The notes beneath the pieces were generated by a model. That model saw only the letters and a program-made list of their open reading frames with translations. It was not told the DNA's origin and made no database searches. A stretch of 64,000 nucleotides of DNA. It comes from an uncultured Actinomycetota bacterium (GTDB lineage Bacteria > Actinomycetota > Actinomycetes > CAVWCF01). The DNA lies in NCBI GenBank assembly GCA_963753435.1, contig CAVWCF010000001.1:192001-256000 (forward strand), in the 5' to 3' direction. Positions 54,409-64,000 of this stretch are shown here, in pieces. Every line of letters begins with the position of its first letter. Within the stretch, counting starts at the first letter, position 1. Made by a program: the position numbers and the translations under genes.

Positions 54409-57078
54409 GCCACCACGCCGCGAAGCAACTGTTCGCGCGCTGCCCGAGCGGTCCGGCCCAACTCCGCCGGCGCCGCGTCCTCCACCTGACCCAGCAAGTC
54501 AGCCACCTGCTTGGTCCAGCGCACGAAGTCGCCGGCCGTCATCCCGGACTCGCTGAGGACCCGGTCCAACGTGGCGCCAGACGCCCAGCGGTGCACGGCC
54601 AGCACGAACCCGAGGTCCGGTTCGCGAACGAAGGACAGCCGATGGTCCTGCTCGGCTTCGCTGAGCCGTCCCCACAGCCGCACCGTCTCGGCCAGTGCGG
54701 TCTGCAACGACGTGCGCCCAGGCAGCCGGGGGCTCTCGGCTTCTGAGTCGCGCGCTTCGTACACGAGCACGGATACGCAGGCGGCGAGGTCTGCTGCGTC
54801 AAGTCCATCCCACAGTTGGGCACGGATGCATTCGCCGGTGAGCAGATCGTTCTCGCTGTACAGGTTGGCCAGCATCCGGCCCGACTCGGTTACCCGGTCC
54901 CCATCCAAGTAGCCAAGGCTCTGCAACAGTTCGCAGACCCGGTCGAAAGTGCGGGCAACGGTGTTGGTTCTGCCTTCGACCCTCCTGGCCAACCCTTCGG
55001 TCTCCCGACGCAGCCGCCAATACCGTTCCGCCCAGCGCGCGTGCGCCTCGCGATCGTCACAGCCGTGGCAAGGGTGGGCGCGGATCCGCCGCCGCAGATC
55101 CGTGATCAGTTGGTCGTCAGCGGCCTCGGAGCGTTGCCGGGTACGGCCCGGGGTTTCCAGTGCGCGCATGGTGGCAGCGAGATGGCGGCGTGCTTCGCGG
55201 TCCTTGCTGCGGAAATCCTTCGGCACCCGGACGCGTCCCAGCGGTTCCAGCGCCCCGGTCAACTCGGCAGCGTTGATCCGGCGCAGGCGCCCGGACTCGG
55301 TCAGCAGCAGCGGCCGCGGTGGGTTCACGTCGACGGCGAGGACGACGGCGCGGCCCGGCTCTGCGACCACCGGGCAAGGCGATCACGTCGCCGATTTTCA
55401 GCCGCTCCAGGGAGTCCACGGCCGCAGCGCGGCGCGCGGCTCCGGCGGCGCGGGCCAGGTCGTTCTCCCGGTCCTTGAGTTCGCGGCGCATGGCGGCGTA
55501 CTCGGCGAAGTCGCCGAGGTGGCAGGCCATGGCCTCCTCGTATCCGGCCAGCGCCTCTTCGTTGCGCTGCATCTGCGTGGCCAGCCCAACGACGGCCCGG
55601 TCCGCCTGGAACTGCGCGAAGGACTGCTCCAGGACCTCCCGGGCGGCGTGGCGGCCCATCTGCCCGACCAGGTTCACGGCCATGTTGTAGGAGGGGCGGA
55701 AGCTGGAACGCAGCGGATAGGTGCGGGTCGAGGCCAGACCGGCGGCGGCCTGCGGATCGAACCCTGGTTGCCACACCACGACGGCGTTGCCCTCTACGTC
55801 GATGCCACGCCGACCGGCGCGGCCGGTCAACTGCGTGTACTCCCCCGGGGTCAAGTCGACATGGGCTTCGCCGTTGAACTTCACGAGCCGTTCCAGGACG
55901 ACTGCGCGGGCGGGCATGTTGATCCCAAGGGCCAGAGTTTCGGTGGCGAAGACGGCCTTGACCAGGCCCCGCTGGAAGAGATCCTCAACGACTTCCTTGA
56001 ACGTGGGCAGCAACCCAGCGTGGTGGCTGGCCAGCCCACGTTCGAGCGCGTCCAGCCACGGCCCGTACTGCAGCGCTGCCAAGTCCGCGTCCTCAAGTCC
56101 CGCGGTGCGGTCCTCGGCGATCTCGCGGATCTGCTCGCGTTCGGCCGGAGTGGTCAGCCGTAGCCCAGCGCGTGCGCACTGTTCCACCGCGGCATCGCAC
56201 CCGGCCCTGGAGAAGATGAAGGTGATCGCGGGCAGCAGGTGCTCCCGGTCCAGGCGTTCGATCACGTCGACTCGGCTGGGGGTGTGGATGGACCTGGGGC
56301 GCCGCCCCCCGCGTTGGGGCCGCTTTCCACCCCACTGCACGGCCTGGCGATCCTCGCGTGCCAGTCGCACCAGATCCGGGTTGATGACCTGCTGCTCGTC
56401 GTCGACGAACAGGTCCCGAAGGTGGTTGCCGGTCATTACCTGCTGCCACAGCGGCACCGGCCGGTGTTCCTCGAGCACAACCTCGGTGTGCCCGCGCACC
56501 GTAACCAGCCAGTCAGCGAACTCCTCCGCGTTGCTAACCGTCGCCGACAGGCTCACCAACCGCACATCGGCGGGAAGATGGATGATCACCTCCTCCCAGA
56601 CCGCACCGCGAAAGCGATCAGCCAGGTAATGCACCTCGTCCATCACGACGTAGCCGAGGCCGGCGAGCGTGGGCGAGTCGGCGTACAGCATGTTGCGTAG
56701 GACCTCGGTGGTCATGACGACCACCGGTGCCTCACCGTTGAGCGAGTTGTCCCCCGTCAGCAGCCCCACCTTGTCGATGCCGTGCCGCTCGACCAGGTCG
56801 TGGTACTTCTGATTGGACAGTGCCTTGATCGGGGTCGTGTAGAAGGCCTTGCGTCCCGTTGCCAGCGCCAGGTGCACCGCGAACTCGCCGACGACGGTCT
56901 TGCCGGCGCCAGTGGGTGCACAGACCAGAACGCTGCGCCCGTGCTGCAGTGCCTCGCACGCGGTCTCCTGGAATCCGTCCAGACCGAACGGGTAGCCCTC
57001 ACGAAAGCGACCCAACTCGGTCCGGGCCTCGGCAGTGCGCCTGCGGGCCGCGGCGTACCGCTCCGCCGGCGACGTCAT
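54390..57078 (-). pseudogene. helY: HelY DEAD/DEAH (Ski2-like) RNA helicase, split by one extra base near 55350
   Basis: APTGAGKT, TPIKALSNQK, MDEVHY, SATVSN, GRAGRRG in ORF 57078-55117; the DSHCT C-terminus (AGDFVRWTKQ, RGVV) is in ORF 55370-54390. Removing one base gives 895 aa. May be a sequencing error. Confidence 0.85.
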
Positions 57079-57087
57079 GAGGCCAGG

Positions 57088-57996
57088 CTAAGCCGGACCG
57101 GGGGCGTACACCCGAAGCGCGCCCGGGATCGCTTCCGCGGACACTGGCAGCGGCCCGATTCGCTCCCCGTCGGCGTATGCCAGCCCGCCGGGCGCGGACA
57201 CCTGCACCTTCCGGGCACGGTGATAGTCCACGGCCGGATGCTGCAAGTGGGTACCGGCGTAAACACGCGGGAAGACCCGCAGGAACTCCGCCTTGCTGAT
57301 CTCGTTGACAACGGTCACATCCAGCAAGCCGTCATCGAGGTCGGCGTGCGGGCACACCCGCATGCCGCCGCCGTAACAGGGACCGTTGCCGACCGCCACG
57401 AGCATCATCGGCCCGGCGACGGTCCGCTCGTCCAAGGTGATCTCGAAGGGCATGGGTCGAAACACCTTCATTTCGGCCAGCATCGCGGCCACGTAACGCA
57501 GTGTTCCCGGACCGCGCCGCATCTGGTTGGCCCGTTCGTTGGCCAGCGCGTCGAACCCGCAGGCCATAACCCCGGCGAACCACCGATCCCCCACTTTGGC
57601 GGCATCCACCGAGATCCAATCGCCGGACAAGATGATGGCGATGGCGGCAGCGATGTCATTGCTGGGGATGCCAAAGCTGGTGGCGATGTCGTTGCCTGTG
57701 CCGGCGGGCACGATGCCCAGTGGGACCTCGGTTCCGCTGACCTCCTGTAGTGCCAGGTGCACCAGCCCGTCGCCGCCGACGGCCACGACGGCATCCGGTT
57801 TGGCAGCCATAGCCGCGGTCAGAGCAGTTCGCGTTGCGGCTTCATCCGTTCCCCAGGCCGCGGTCACGGCGACTCCGGCGCGTTGCAGCAACTGCGCGGC
57901 CCGACGGCCCACATGGCGCCCGCTGGATCTCTTGCTGGAGGGATTGACGACGAGTGCAACGGTTGCCGGGGGCTCGGCGATCAGCCGCTCACTCAT
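57088..57996 (-). CDS. Diacylglycerol kinase family (YegS/Rv2252-like) lipid kinase
   Basis: VNPSS, GGDGLVH, PAGTGNDIA, GNGPCYGGGM, DDGLLDV, ADGE. Confidence 0.93.
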   Translation of the reverse strand: MSERLIAEPPATVALVVNPSSKRSSGRHVGRRAAQLLQRAGVAVTAAWGTDEAATRTALTAAMAAKPDAVVAVGGDGLVHLALQEVSGTEVPLGIVPAGTGNDIATSFGIPSNDIAAAIAIILSGDWISVDAAKVGDRWFAGVMACGFDALANERANQMRRGPGTLRYVAAMLAEMKVFRPMPFEITLDERTVAGPMMLVAVGNGPCYGGGMRVCPHADLDDGLLDVTVVNEISKAEFLRVFPRVYAGTHLQHPAVDYHRARKVQVSAPGGLAYADGERIGPLPVSAEAIPGALRVYAPGPA

Positions 57997-58891
57997 CGTG
58001 ACCGCGCCGTTCGGGTGCGGCCGAGTCATCTTGAGCGGACCCGGACTGGTCCAGGTCCAAGGGGCTGGCCTCATCGTCGCTCAGTTGGTGCAGCGGATCG
58101 GCTGCGTCTCGGCGCGCTCGACGTCGGTCGTTCAGTGCCGCTATGCCCAGGCTGATCGCCAGCAGGAGCAGCATCGGGCCGGCCAGCAAGGCCATCGTCA
58201 GCGGATCCCCCGTCGGCGTGGCAACCGCGGCGAAAACGAAGACGCCGAAGATCAGGATGCGCCACCAGCGCGCCAGCGTGCCGGCGCTGAGTACGCCGGC
58301 AGCGTTCAGTCCGACGACGAATACCGGGAGCAGGAAGGCGATCCCGAACACGAGCGCAAGGCGCAGGAGGAACGACAGGTACCGGTCGACGGCAACGAGG
58401 TTGCTAACCCCCTCGGGCGTGAAGCCCAGCAGCAGGGACAACCCCTGGGGCAGGACCCAGTAGGAGACCCACACTCCCAACAGGAACAGCGGCACGGCGG
58501 CGGCAGTGAAACCCAGTGCCCAGCGGCGCTCGTTGCGGAGCAGCCCCGGGGTGACGAAGCCCCACAACTGGTAGATCCAGATGGGCGAGGCCAGGACCAG
58601 GCCGGCAACCGCAGCCACCTTGAGTTGGAGGACGAAGGGATCGGTGATCCCGGTGAGGGTCAGGCGGACGTCCAGGCCCTGCTCGGCAACCGCGTCCTGC
58701 AGGTCATCGAAGGGGCCGCGAATGAACTCAAAGATCTGCGGGTAGAGGATCCAGCCGACAACGGCCCCGACCACGATCGCCAGTCCGGCGATGAGCAGCC
58801 GCCGCCGCAACTCCCGCAGGTGGTCGGCCAGGGGCATGGAACCGTCGGTGCGACCCCGACGCCCTTCGGGCCGACGTGACGTTGTGGTCAC
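57989..58891 (-). CDS. tatC: Twin-arginine translocase subunit TatC
   Basis: MPLADHLRELRRRL, YQLWGFVTPGL..ERR, ATPTGDP. Confidence 0.97.
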   Translation of the reverse strand: MTTTSRRPEGRRGRTDGSMPLADHLRELRRRLLIAGLAIVVGAVVGWILYPQIFEFIRGPFDDLQDAVAEQGLDVRLTLTGITDPFVLQLKVAAVAGLVLASPIWIYQLWGFVTPGLLRNERRWALGFTAAAVPLFLLGVWVSYWVLPQGLSLLLGFTPEGVSNLVAVDRYLSFLLRLALVFGIAFLLPVFVVGLNAAGVLSAGTLARWWRILIFGVFVFAAVATPTGDPLTMALLAGPMLLLLAISLGIAALNDRRRARRDAADPLHQLSDDEASPLDLDQSGSAQDDSAAPERRGHDE

Positions 58892-58904
58892 CGCCGGGTT
58901 GCGG

Positions 58905-59156
58905 TCAGCGGTCGGAGTCTGAGTCGGAACGGCGTTCCGAAGCTGCGTCCGCGGTTGGGGCCGGTGGTTGGGCTGGTGCCTGGTCGGCGGACCGCGGCTC
59001 ATCGGTGTCGTCGTTAAGCCCCTTCGTCTCCGCCTTGAAGATTCGCAGGGACCGACCCATTCCCCTGGCCATGTCCGGCAGCCGCTTGGCGCCGAACAGC
59101 AGCAAGATGATGAACAGGAGGATCAGGATCTCCGGCGCACCGAAGTTGCGGAACAT
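58905..59156 (-). CDS. tatA: Twin-arginine translocase subunit TatA
   Basis: [27 protein letters not shown]; GGAGTG RBS. Confidence 0.97.
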   Translation of the reverse strand: MFRNFGAPEILILLFIILLLFGAKRLPDMARGMGRSLRIFKAETKGLNDDTDEPRSADQAPAQPPAPTADAASERRSDSDSDR

Positions 59157-59235
59157 CAGACCACTCCTAACAGCAGGGTCACAAACGTATCCGCATCAGT
59201 CTAATGCTGTTCCAGGTCCGCGGGGCGGGTACTGA

Positions 59236-59562
59236 TCAGGGGCGCGCCAGAAGCGGCGCGATCACGTCTGCGCTGCCGTTGAGCCAAAGGGCGAAATCGA
59301 GCAGGTCGTCGTAGACCAGCGGTGGCCCCTCATGCGGCTCCATCGCCTCCGCCGGGATGTGCCACGGCTCCGCCGGAACTCCCCCGGAGGTCAGCAACGC
59401 GATCACCTCGGAGTCGGCGTGCTTGCGCACCTCATCACCGCAATCCGGGCACAGGAACGAGTAGTAGGACCACTCGGTGCGGGTGCAAACGACCAAGCGG
59501 AGCTGGCGCGGCTTCAGGCTCACGTCGCCACAGTCGGGGCAGGCTGCCTTGATGGTGGTCAT
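59236..59562 (-). CDS. Conserved zinc-ribbon hypothetical protein
   Basis: Two CPDCG motifs, YSFLCP..VRK, LLTSGGV; AGGAGG RBS. Confidence 0.8.
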   Translation of the reverse strand: MTTIKAACPDCGDVSLKPRQLRLVVCTRTEWSYYSFLCPDCGDEVRKHADSEVIALLTSGGVPAEPWHIPAEAMEPHEGPPLVYDDLLDFALWLNGSADVIAPLLARP

Positions 59563-59610
59563 CGCGGCACCTCCTGTCGTTCAGCGGGTTGTGCTGGTCC
59601 CTCCGACACG

Positions 59611-59637
59611 TTCGGCACCGCGACGACCAACCTTGAG
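59611..59637 (-). promoter_or_regulatory. Putative WhiG/FliA-type (sigma-28 family) promoter
   Basis: CTCA-N17-GCCGAA on the minus strand about 50 nt upstream of the zinc-ribbon gene. Confidence 0.5.
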
Positions 59638-59676
59638 CCGCTGACTACGCCAGGAGCGCTACTCGGCTCGCCGCCC

Positions 59677-60603
59677 CTAGGGGTATTGGGCCAGTGCGCT
59701 GCCGGCCTCGTGGCGAACCTGCTGGGCCAGTTCCGGTGGGTCGACCACCTTCGCAGCGCCGGCCAGGCGCAACACCAACCGACGTAGCCAGGCCGATGAC
59801 GGCGAGGTGACCACCACCCGCAGGCCGCCGTCAGGCAGTTCCGCAGAACTCTCCACTGGCACGTACTCAGGCAACCAGCGTGCCGACGGCTGGAGGTCCA
59901 GCACGGCCCGAAGGTCCGAGTCCGCAGCAACGTATGTCGGTGGCGGCGGCTGTGGTCGATCCGGTTCGGCCAAGTCCGGCAGCACTTCTGCCGCCGCGAT
60001 GCGGTCCATTCGGAACGTCCGCACTGACTGAGCCAGATGGCACCACCCCTGCAGGTAGCGGTGGCCGTCGGCGGTCACGATCCGCAGCGGGTCCACGTCC
60101 CGCCGAGTTGGTTCGTCTCGATTGGCCGCGTGATACGTGAAGCGGACGCGATGGCCGGAGTCGAGCGCGGTGAGGATGACGTCCTCCCCCGGCGCGACCA
60201 CTGGTTCATCCAGCGCGGTGGGCAAATCCCCCTGGACCACCGCCTCGAGTTTGGCCAAGGCGGAATCGACCGACCTGCGTGTGGCCAACTCGGTGTTACC
60301 GGCCAGATGACGCAGCCCCAAGATCAACGACGCCGCTTCGTCCGGGCGAAGGGTCAACGGCCGATCCAGCCCTTGTGGCTCAAGGACGGTCACGCAGTCC
60401 TCGTCCAGGAAATCCAGATCGATGCACCACTCCGGGTGCCCGGGGATCTCCGCGACGAACATCGTGCCCAGGATCCGATCCAACTGACCCACAGTGATTC
60501 CGAACTGACTCGCTGCGTCGGACTTGGCAACTCCGGGGTGCGCCGCCAGCCAGGGCAGCAGCGAAAGCATCAACTCGACGCGCGCCGTCGCGGTCAACGC
60601 CAT
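59677..60603 (-). CDS. pafC: PafC HTH-WYL transcription factor
   Basis: LLPWLAAHPG HTH, RPLTLRPDEA, RDVDPLR, YLQGWC..RTFRMDRI; follows pafB. Confidence 0.92.
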   Translation of the reverse strand: MALTATARVELMLSLLPWLAAHPGVAKSDAASQFGITVGQLDRILGTMFVAEIPGHPEWCIDLDFLDEDCVTVLEPQGLDRPLTLRPDEAASLILGLRHLAGNTELATRRSVDSALAKLEAVVQGDLPTALDEPVVAPGEDVILTALDSGHRVRFTYHAANRDEPTRRDVDPLRIVTADGHRYLQGWCHLAQSVRTFRMDRIAAAEVLPDLAEPDRPQPPPPTYVAADSDLRAVLDLQPSARWLPEYVPVESSAELPDGGLRVVVTSPSSAWLRRLVLRLAGAAKVVDPPELAQQVRHEAGSALAQYP

Positions 60604-60604
60604 C

Positions 60605-61552
60605 TCATTCCCCTGCCAGCGTTTGCAGGCGCGTGCGCACCGCTTGGATCAGTTCGACCGGCTGCAGCACCCGCACGTTCGCGCCGTACCCGGTCAGTTC
60701 GTCGGCGAAGGCTTCCAGGTCGGGGTACTCCACACGCAGGTGCAATCTCGCGTCCTGGCCCGCCTCGTCCGGCACCACGGTCGACGCCCGCCGCTGCAGC
60801 GGCCAGGCGGCCTCCTTGCTCACGACGAGTTCGGCCACCCCTGGATTCGCCATCGGTCTAGTTGTCGACGCCAGATCGACACTCGCGGGAAGGTCGTAGC
60901 TGCCAGCTGCGCCATGTGCCATCGGGGGCCCGACAAGCCGGTTCAGCCGAAATACCCGCTGCGCGTTGCGGTCGACGTCCCAGGCCACCAGGTAGGAGGC
61001 GTGGGCGCGCAGCACGACCCGCCACGGCTGGACCGTGCGCTGATCAGCAGTGGTCGCGTCTACGCGTCGGTACTTGAAGCGGACTGGTTGGCGCCGATTC
61101 ACCGCGTCGGTCAAAGCCGGGACGTGCTCCCAGCCCTGCCCAAGAGCGAACCCCGCGTCGGGTAGGGCTGGGACCCCATCGGAGCCCGAGGCGACCTTCA
61201 AGGCCGCGGTCCGGGCGGCCGTTTCCGCGCCGGTGCTGCGCCACAGCGACGCTGCCACAGCTACGGCGGCGGCTTCGTCCGGGGTGAGTTCAATCGGTGG
61301 CAGCGTCAGCCCAGCCCAGTCGACGGTGTAGCCGACCTCGTTCTCGTCGGCCGGGTCCAAGGAGACCGTGTTCAGCGGCACACCCAGGTCGCGCAAGTCC
61401 TGCTTGTCGCGCTCGAACATGCGCTCAAACGCATCGTCGCTGGTGGCCTTGGTGTAGTCGTCGATGACCTGGCGCAGGCGGGCCTTGGTCGGGCGGGAGT
61501 GCTGCAGGATCAGCAGGAGTTGCAGCAGCCGCTCCGACTTGTCCCTGGCCAC
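60605..61552 (-). CDS. pafB: PafB HTH-WYL transcription factor
   Basis: KSERLL, AFERMFERDKQDLRDLGVP, RTVQPW..YLVAWD..RVFRLNR. Confidence 0.93.
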   Translation of the reverse strand: MARDKSERLLQLLLILQHSRPTKARLRQVIDDYTKATSDDAFERMFERDKQDLRDLGVPLNTVSLDPADENEVGYTVDWAGLTLPPIELTPDEAAAVAVAASLWRSTGAETAARTAALKVASGSDGVPALPDAGFALGQGWEHVPALTDAVNRRQPVRFKYRRVDATTADQRTVQPWRVVLRAHASYLVAWDVDRNAQRVFRLNRLVGPPMAHGAAGSYDLPASVDLASTTRPMANPGVAELVVSKEAAWPLQRRASTVVPDEAGQDARLHLRVEYPDLEAFADELTGYGANVRVLQPVELIQAVRTRLQTLAGE

Positions 61553-61559
61553 GGCTGGC

Positions 61560-61925
61560 TCAGCCCACGTCCAGCAGGTCGATCACGAAGACGAGCGTCT
61601 TGCCCGAAAGCCGGTGCCCACCCCCGGCGGGGCCGTAGGCCAGGTGCGGCGGGATTACGAGCTGGCGTCGACCGCCCACCCGCATACCCGGGATGCCCTC
61701 CTGCCAGCCGGGGATCAGTTGTTGCAGGGGGAACCGGATCGGTTCGCCGCGGTTCCAGGAAGCATCGAACTCTTCCCCGGAGTCAAACTCGACGCCCAGG
61801 TAGTGAACGAGCACGACGGCGCCTGGTGTGGCCTCCGCGCCCTCCCCGACCACGAGGTCGGTGCTGACCAGGTCGGCAGGGGCATCGCCTTCAATGAAGT
61901 CAATCTCGGGACGCTGCAGTTCCAT
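61560..61925 (-). CDS. FKBP-type peptidyl-prolyl isomerase (cytoplasmic)
   Basis: VHYLG..FDASWNRG, IPGWQEGIPGMRVGGRR, AYG, TLVFVIDL. Confidence 0.95.
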   Translation of the reverse strand: MELQRPEIDFIEGDAPADLVSTDLVVGEGAEATPGAVVLVHYLGVEFDSGEEFDASWNRGEPIRFPLQQLIPGWQEGIPGMRVGGRRQLVIPPHLAYGPAGGGHRLSGKTLVFVIDLLDVG

Positions 61926-61934
61926 TGTCCGCTC

Positions 61935-62435
61935 CTAACCGACCGCTACGAGGTCAACGACGAAGACCAGGGTCTCCCCCGACAGCGGGTTGCCGCCACC
62001 GGCCGGGCCGTAGGCGGAATCCGGGGTGCAAACCAGTTCGCGGCGGCCGCCTTCGCGCATGCCCGGGATCCCGTCCTGCCAGCACGGAATCAGTCCGTCC
62101 AACGGGAAGGTCGCCGGCTCGCCACGCAGGAAGGAGGAGTCGAACACCTCACCGGTGGACCAAGTGACGCCGTGGTAGTCCACGGTCACCGTGTCTCCGG
62201 CTTGCGCTTCGGTGCCGTCCCCGACGGACAGGTCCTCCACGATCACCTCGGTCGGCGGGTCGCCCTGCGGCTGCTCGATCGTGGGTTCCTCACCAAAGCC
62301 GCCCGTCACCTCGGGGGCTGTGCCCACGGAAGTGGAGCCGCCCGCATCGTCGTTGTCGGTGGTGGAATCGCTGCTGCAGGCGGCCAGGCTCAGGGTGAAC
62401 GCTGCTGCGACTACAAGGGCGGCTGCGCGGCGCAT
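61935..62435 (-). CDS. FKBP-type peptidyl-prolyl isomerase, lipoprotein
   Basis: GGAGG RBS; signal peptide MRRAAALVV..LAAC; FDSSF.RG, GMREGGRR, TLVFVVDL. Confidence 0.92.
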   Translation of the reverse strand: MRRAAALVVAAAFTLSLAACSSDSTTDNDDAGGSTSVGTAPEVTGGFGEEPTIEQPQGDPPTEVIVEDLSVGDGTEAQAGDTVTVDYHGVTWSTGEVFDSSFLRGEPATFPLDGLIPCWQDGIPGMREGGRRELVCTPDSAYGPAGGGNPLSGETLVFVVDLVAVG

Positions 62436-62490
62436 TGGGACCTCCGGTTCGGGGCGGGCCGTCACCCTAACCGCAGCTGCACGCCCGTCC

Positions 62491-63852
62491 TCACATCGCC
62501 TCGATCAGGCGGGCCACCCGTTCGTCCACGCTTCGGAACGGGTCCTTGCACAGGACTGTCCGCTGGGCCTGGTCGTTGAGCTTCAGGTGGACCCAGTCCA
62601 CCGTGAAGTCGCGTCGCTTCTCTTGGGCGCGGCGGATGAAGTCGCCGCGCAACTTCGCCCGGGTCGTCTGGGGCGGGACCGACTTGGCTTGGTATACCGA
62701 CAGGTCCGTGCTGACTCGTTCGACCAGTCCGGATCGTTCCAGCCCGTAGTACAGGCTGCGGGCCCTGTTGATGTCGTGATAGGCCAGATCCAATTGGGCG
62801 ATGCGTGGGCTGGTCAACGGCAGTCCGTGCTTGTCTGCGTAGCGGTACAGCAGCCGGCGCTTGATCACCCAGTCGATCTCGCGCTGGACCAACTCGGGCT
62901 TGTCCTCAGCCACCGAGCGCAGCGTGCGCTCCCAAAGATCCAGCACCCGGCGGGTATTCGGCGAGTCGTCCCCGCGCCGGGCGACGAAGGCCTGAACCCG
63001 TTCCAGGTACTCCGTTTGGATGTCCAGGGCGGAAAGGTCCCGGCCGTTCACCAATCGAACTGTGCGCCGACCGGTGACGTCGTGGCTGATCTCGCGGATC
63101 GCCCGGATCGGGTTCTCCAGTGTCAGGTCGCGCATGCTGCCGCCGGACTCCAGCATGCGCAGCACCAGATCAGTGGCGCCCACCTTCAGCAGGGTCGTCG
63201 GTTCGGCCATCGACGAGTCGCCGACGATCACATGGAGTCTGCGGAAGCGCTCGGCGTCGGCATGCGGTTCGTCACGCGTGTTGATGATCGGCCGGGAGCG
63301 CGTGGTTGCCGAGCTGACGCCTTCCCAGATGTGCTCGGCGCGCTGGGACAGGCAGTAGACCGCTCCGCGGGGTGTCTGCAGCACCTTCCCGGCTCCGGTG
63401 ATCAACTGCCGGGTCACCAGGAACGGGATCAGGACCTCGGCGAGGCGACCGAAGTCGCCGGCGCGGGAGATGAGGTAGTTCTCATGGCACCCGTAGGAGT
63501 TACCGGCGGAGTCGGTGTTGTTCTTGAACAGATAGACGTCCCCAGGAACCCCCTCCTCGGCCAGCCGCCGTTCGGCATCGACCAGGAGTCCCTCCAATAT
63601 CCGTTCCCCGGCCTTGTCGTGAACGACCAGGTCAGTCAGGTCATCGCACTCCGGAGTGGCGTACTCGGGGTGACTGCCGACGTCGAGGTAGAGCCGGGCA
63701 CCGTTGCGTAGAAAGACGTTGCTGCTACGGCCCCAGGAGACCACGCGCCGGAAGAGGTACCGGGCGACTTCGTCGGGGCTGAGCCGTCGATGGCCGTGGA
63801 AGGCGCAGGTGACCCCGTACTCCGTTTCCAAGCCGAGGATTCGCCGGTCCAT
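62491..63852 (-). CDS. pafA: Pup--protein ligase
   Basis: [59 protein letters not shown]. Confidence 0.98.
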   Translation of the reverse strand: MDRRILGLETEYGVTCAFHGHRRLSPDEVARYLFRRVVSWGRSSNVFLRNGARLYLDVGSHPEYATPECDDLTDLVVHDKAGERILEGLLVDAERRLAEEGVPGDVYLFKNNTDSAGNSYGCHENYLISRAGDFGRLAEVLIPFLVTRQLITGAGKVLQTPRGAVYCLSQRAEHIWEGVSSATTRSRPIINTRDEPHADAERFRRLHVIVGDSSMAEPTTLLKVGATDLVLRMLESGGSMRDLTLENPIRAIREISHDVTGRRTVRLVNGRDLSALDIQTEYLERVQAFVARRGDDSPNTRRVLDLWERTLRSVAEDKPELVQREIDWVIKRRLLYRYADKHGLPLTSPRIAQLDLAYHDINRARSLYYGLERSGLVERVSTDLSVYQAKSVPPQTTRAKLRGDFIRRAQEKRRDFTVDWVHLKLNDQAQRTVLCKDPFRSVDERVARLIEAM

Positions 63853-63905
63853 GCGTCCAAGGTAGGCATACCCGGCGGCTGGCGCGCGCAGGCGCGGCGC
63901 AACGG

Positions 63906-64000
63906 CTAGCCGGAGAGCGCTGCGGCAACCTCCGCTTCGGTCAGCCGCCGGAACTTCCGGCGCTGGTCTCGGGTCCGGTCGAGGACAGCTGCCTCGATCA
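63906..64000 (-). CDS. prcA: 20S proteasome alpha subunit, 3' end (partial)
   Basis: [19 protein letters not shown] matches the PrcA C-terminal motif; directly upstream of pafA. Confidence 0.85.
   Translation of the reverse strand, partial: IEAAVLDRTRDQRRKFRRLTEAEVAAALSG

Noticed and set aside
55340-55365. Programmed ribosomal frameshift in helY
   Set aside because: No slippery sequence or evident stimulatory structure; a simple indel is more parsimonious.
59585-59609. PafBC (RecA-NDp) motif TGTCGG upstream of the zinc-ribbon gene
   Set aside because: No TANNNT 10 nt downstream, so the promoter geometry fails.
59677-61552. WYL proteins as markers of a defence system
   Set aside because: They are PafB and PafC in the canonical Pup-proteasome locus.
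62191-63711. Long antisense ORFs (for example 506 aa opposite pafA, 450 aa opposite tatC, 397 aa opposite pckG)
   Set aside because: Shadow ORFs expected from high-GC codon bias opposite well-supported genes.

Overview
High-GC actinomycete (class Actinomycetia) core-chromosome segment that appears to span the replication terminus. Gene order: 3' end of 16S, a tRNA-free ITS, 23S and 5S rRNA; TPR protein; tlyA-nadK-recN-steA-steB-pyrG-NUDIX-ald-xerD-parA-RHH-scpA-scpB-rluB; aroH-tyrA-cmk-der; tRNA-Pro(GGG); a variable block (MFS, GTP-PEPCK, hydrolase, methyltransferase, thioredoxin-like protein, MscS, DUF3048, SDR); pgsA-DUF881-sbp-DUF881-gcvH-garA-ftsR-DUF151-merR; a tandem glycine riboswitch and gcvP; a 28-bp dif site at 47106-47133; then, mostly on the minus strand, rbpA, fxsA, ppm1, lnt, helY (frameshifted), tatCA, pafCB, two FKBPs, pafA and the 3' end of prcA. 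I see no mobile element, prophage, CRISPR array or defence island. The most interesting signals are non-coding or unannotated: (1) a perfect CRP-family box at a class II position driving a leaderless 41-aa amphipathic micro-ORF after tRNA-Pro; (2) a pyrG promoter shaped like a CTP-sensing start-site switch coupled to leaderless translation; (3) dif with polar GGGGAGGG octamers; (4) a WhiG/FliA-type promoter for a zinc-ribbon gene inside the paf-tat region; (5) a shared FtsR-like operator at three loci; (6) a probable CTG start for rluB; (7) compensating frameshifts inside a 57-bp coding tandem repeat. All product calls come from motif and synteny recognition; no database searches were run.
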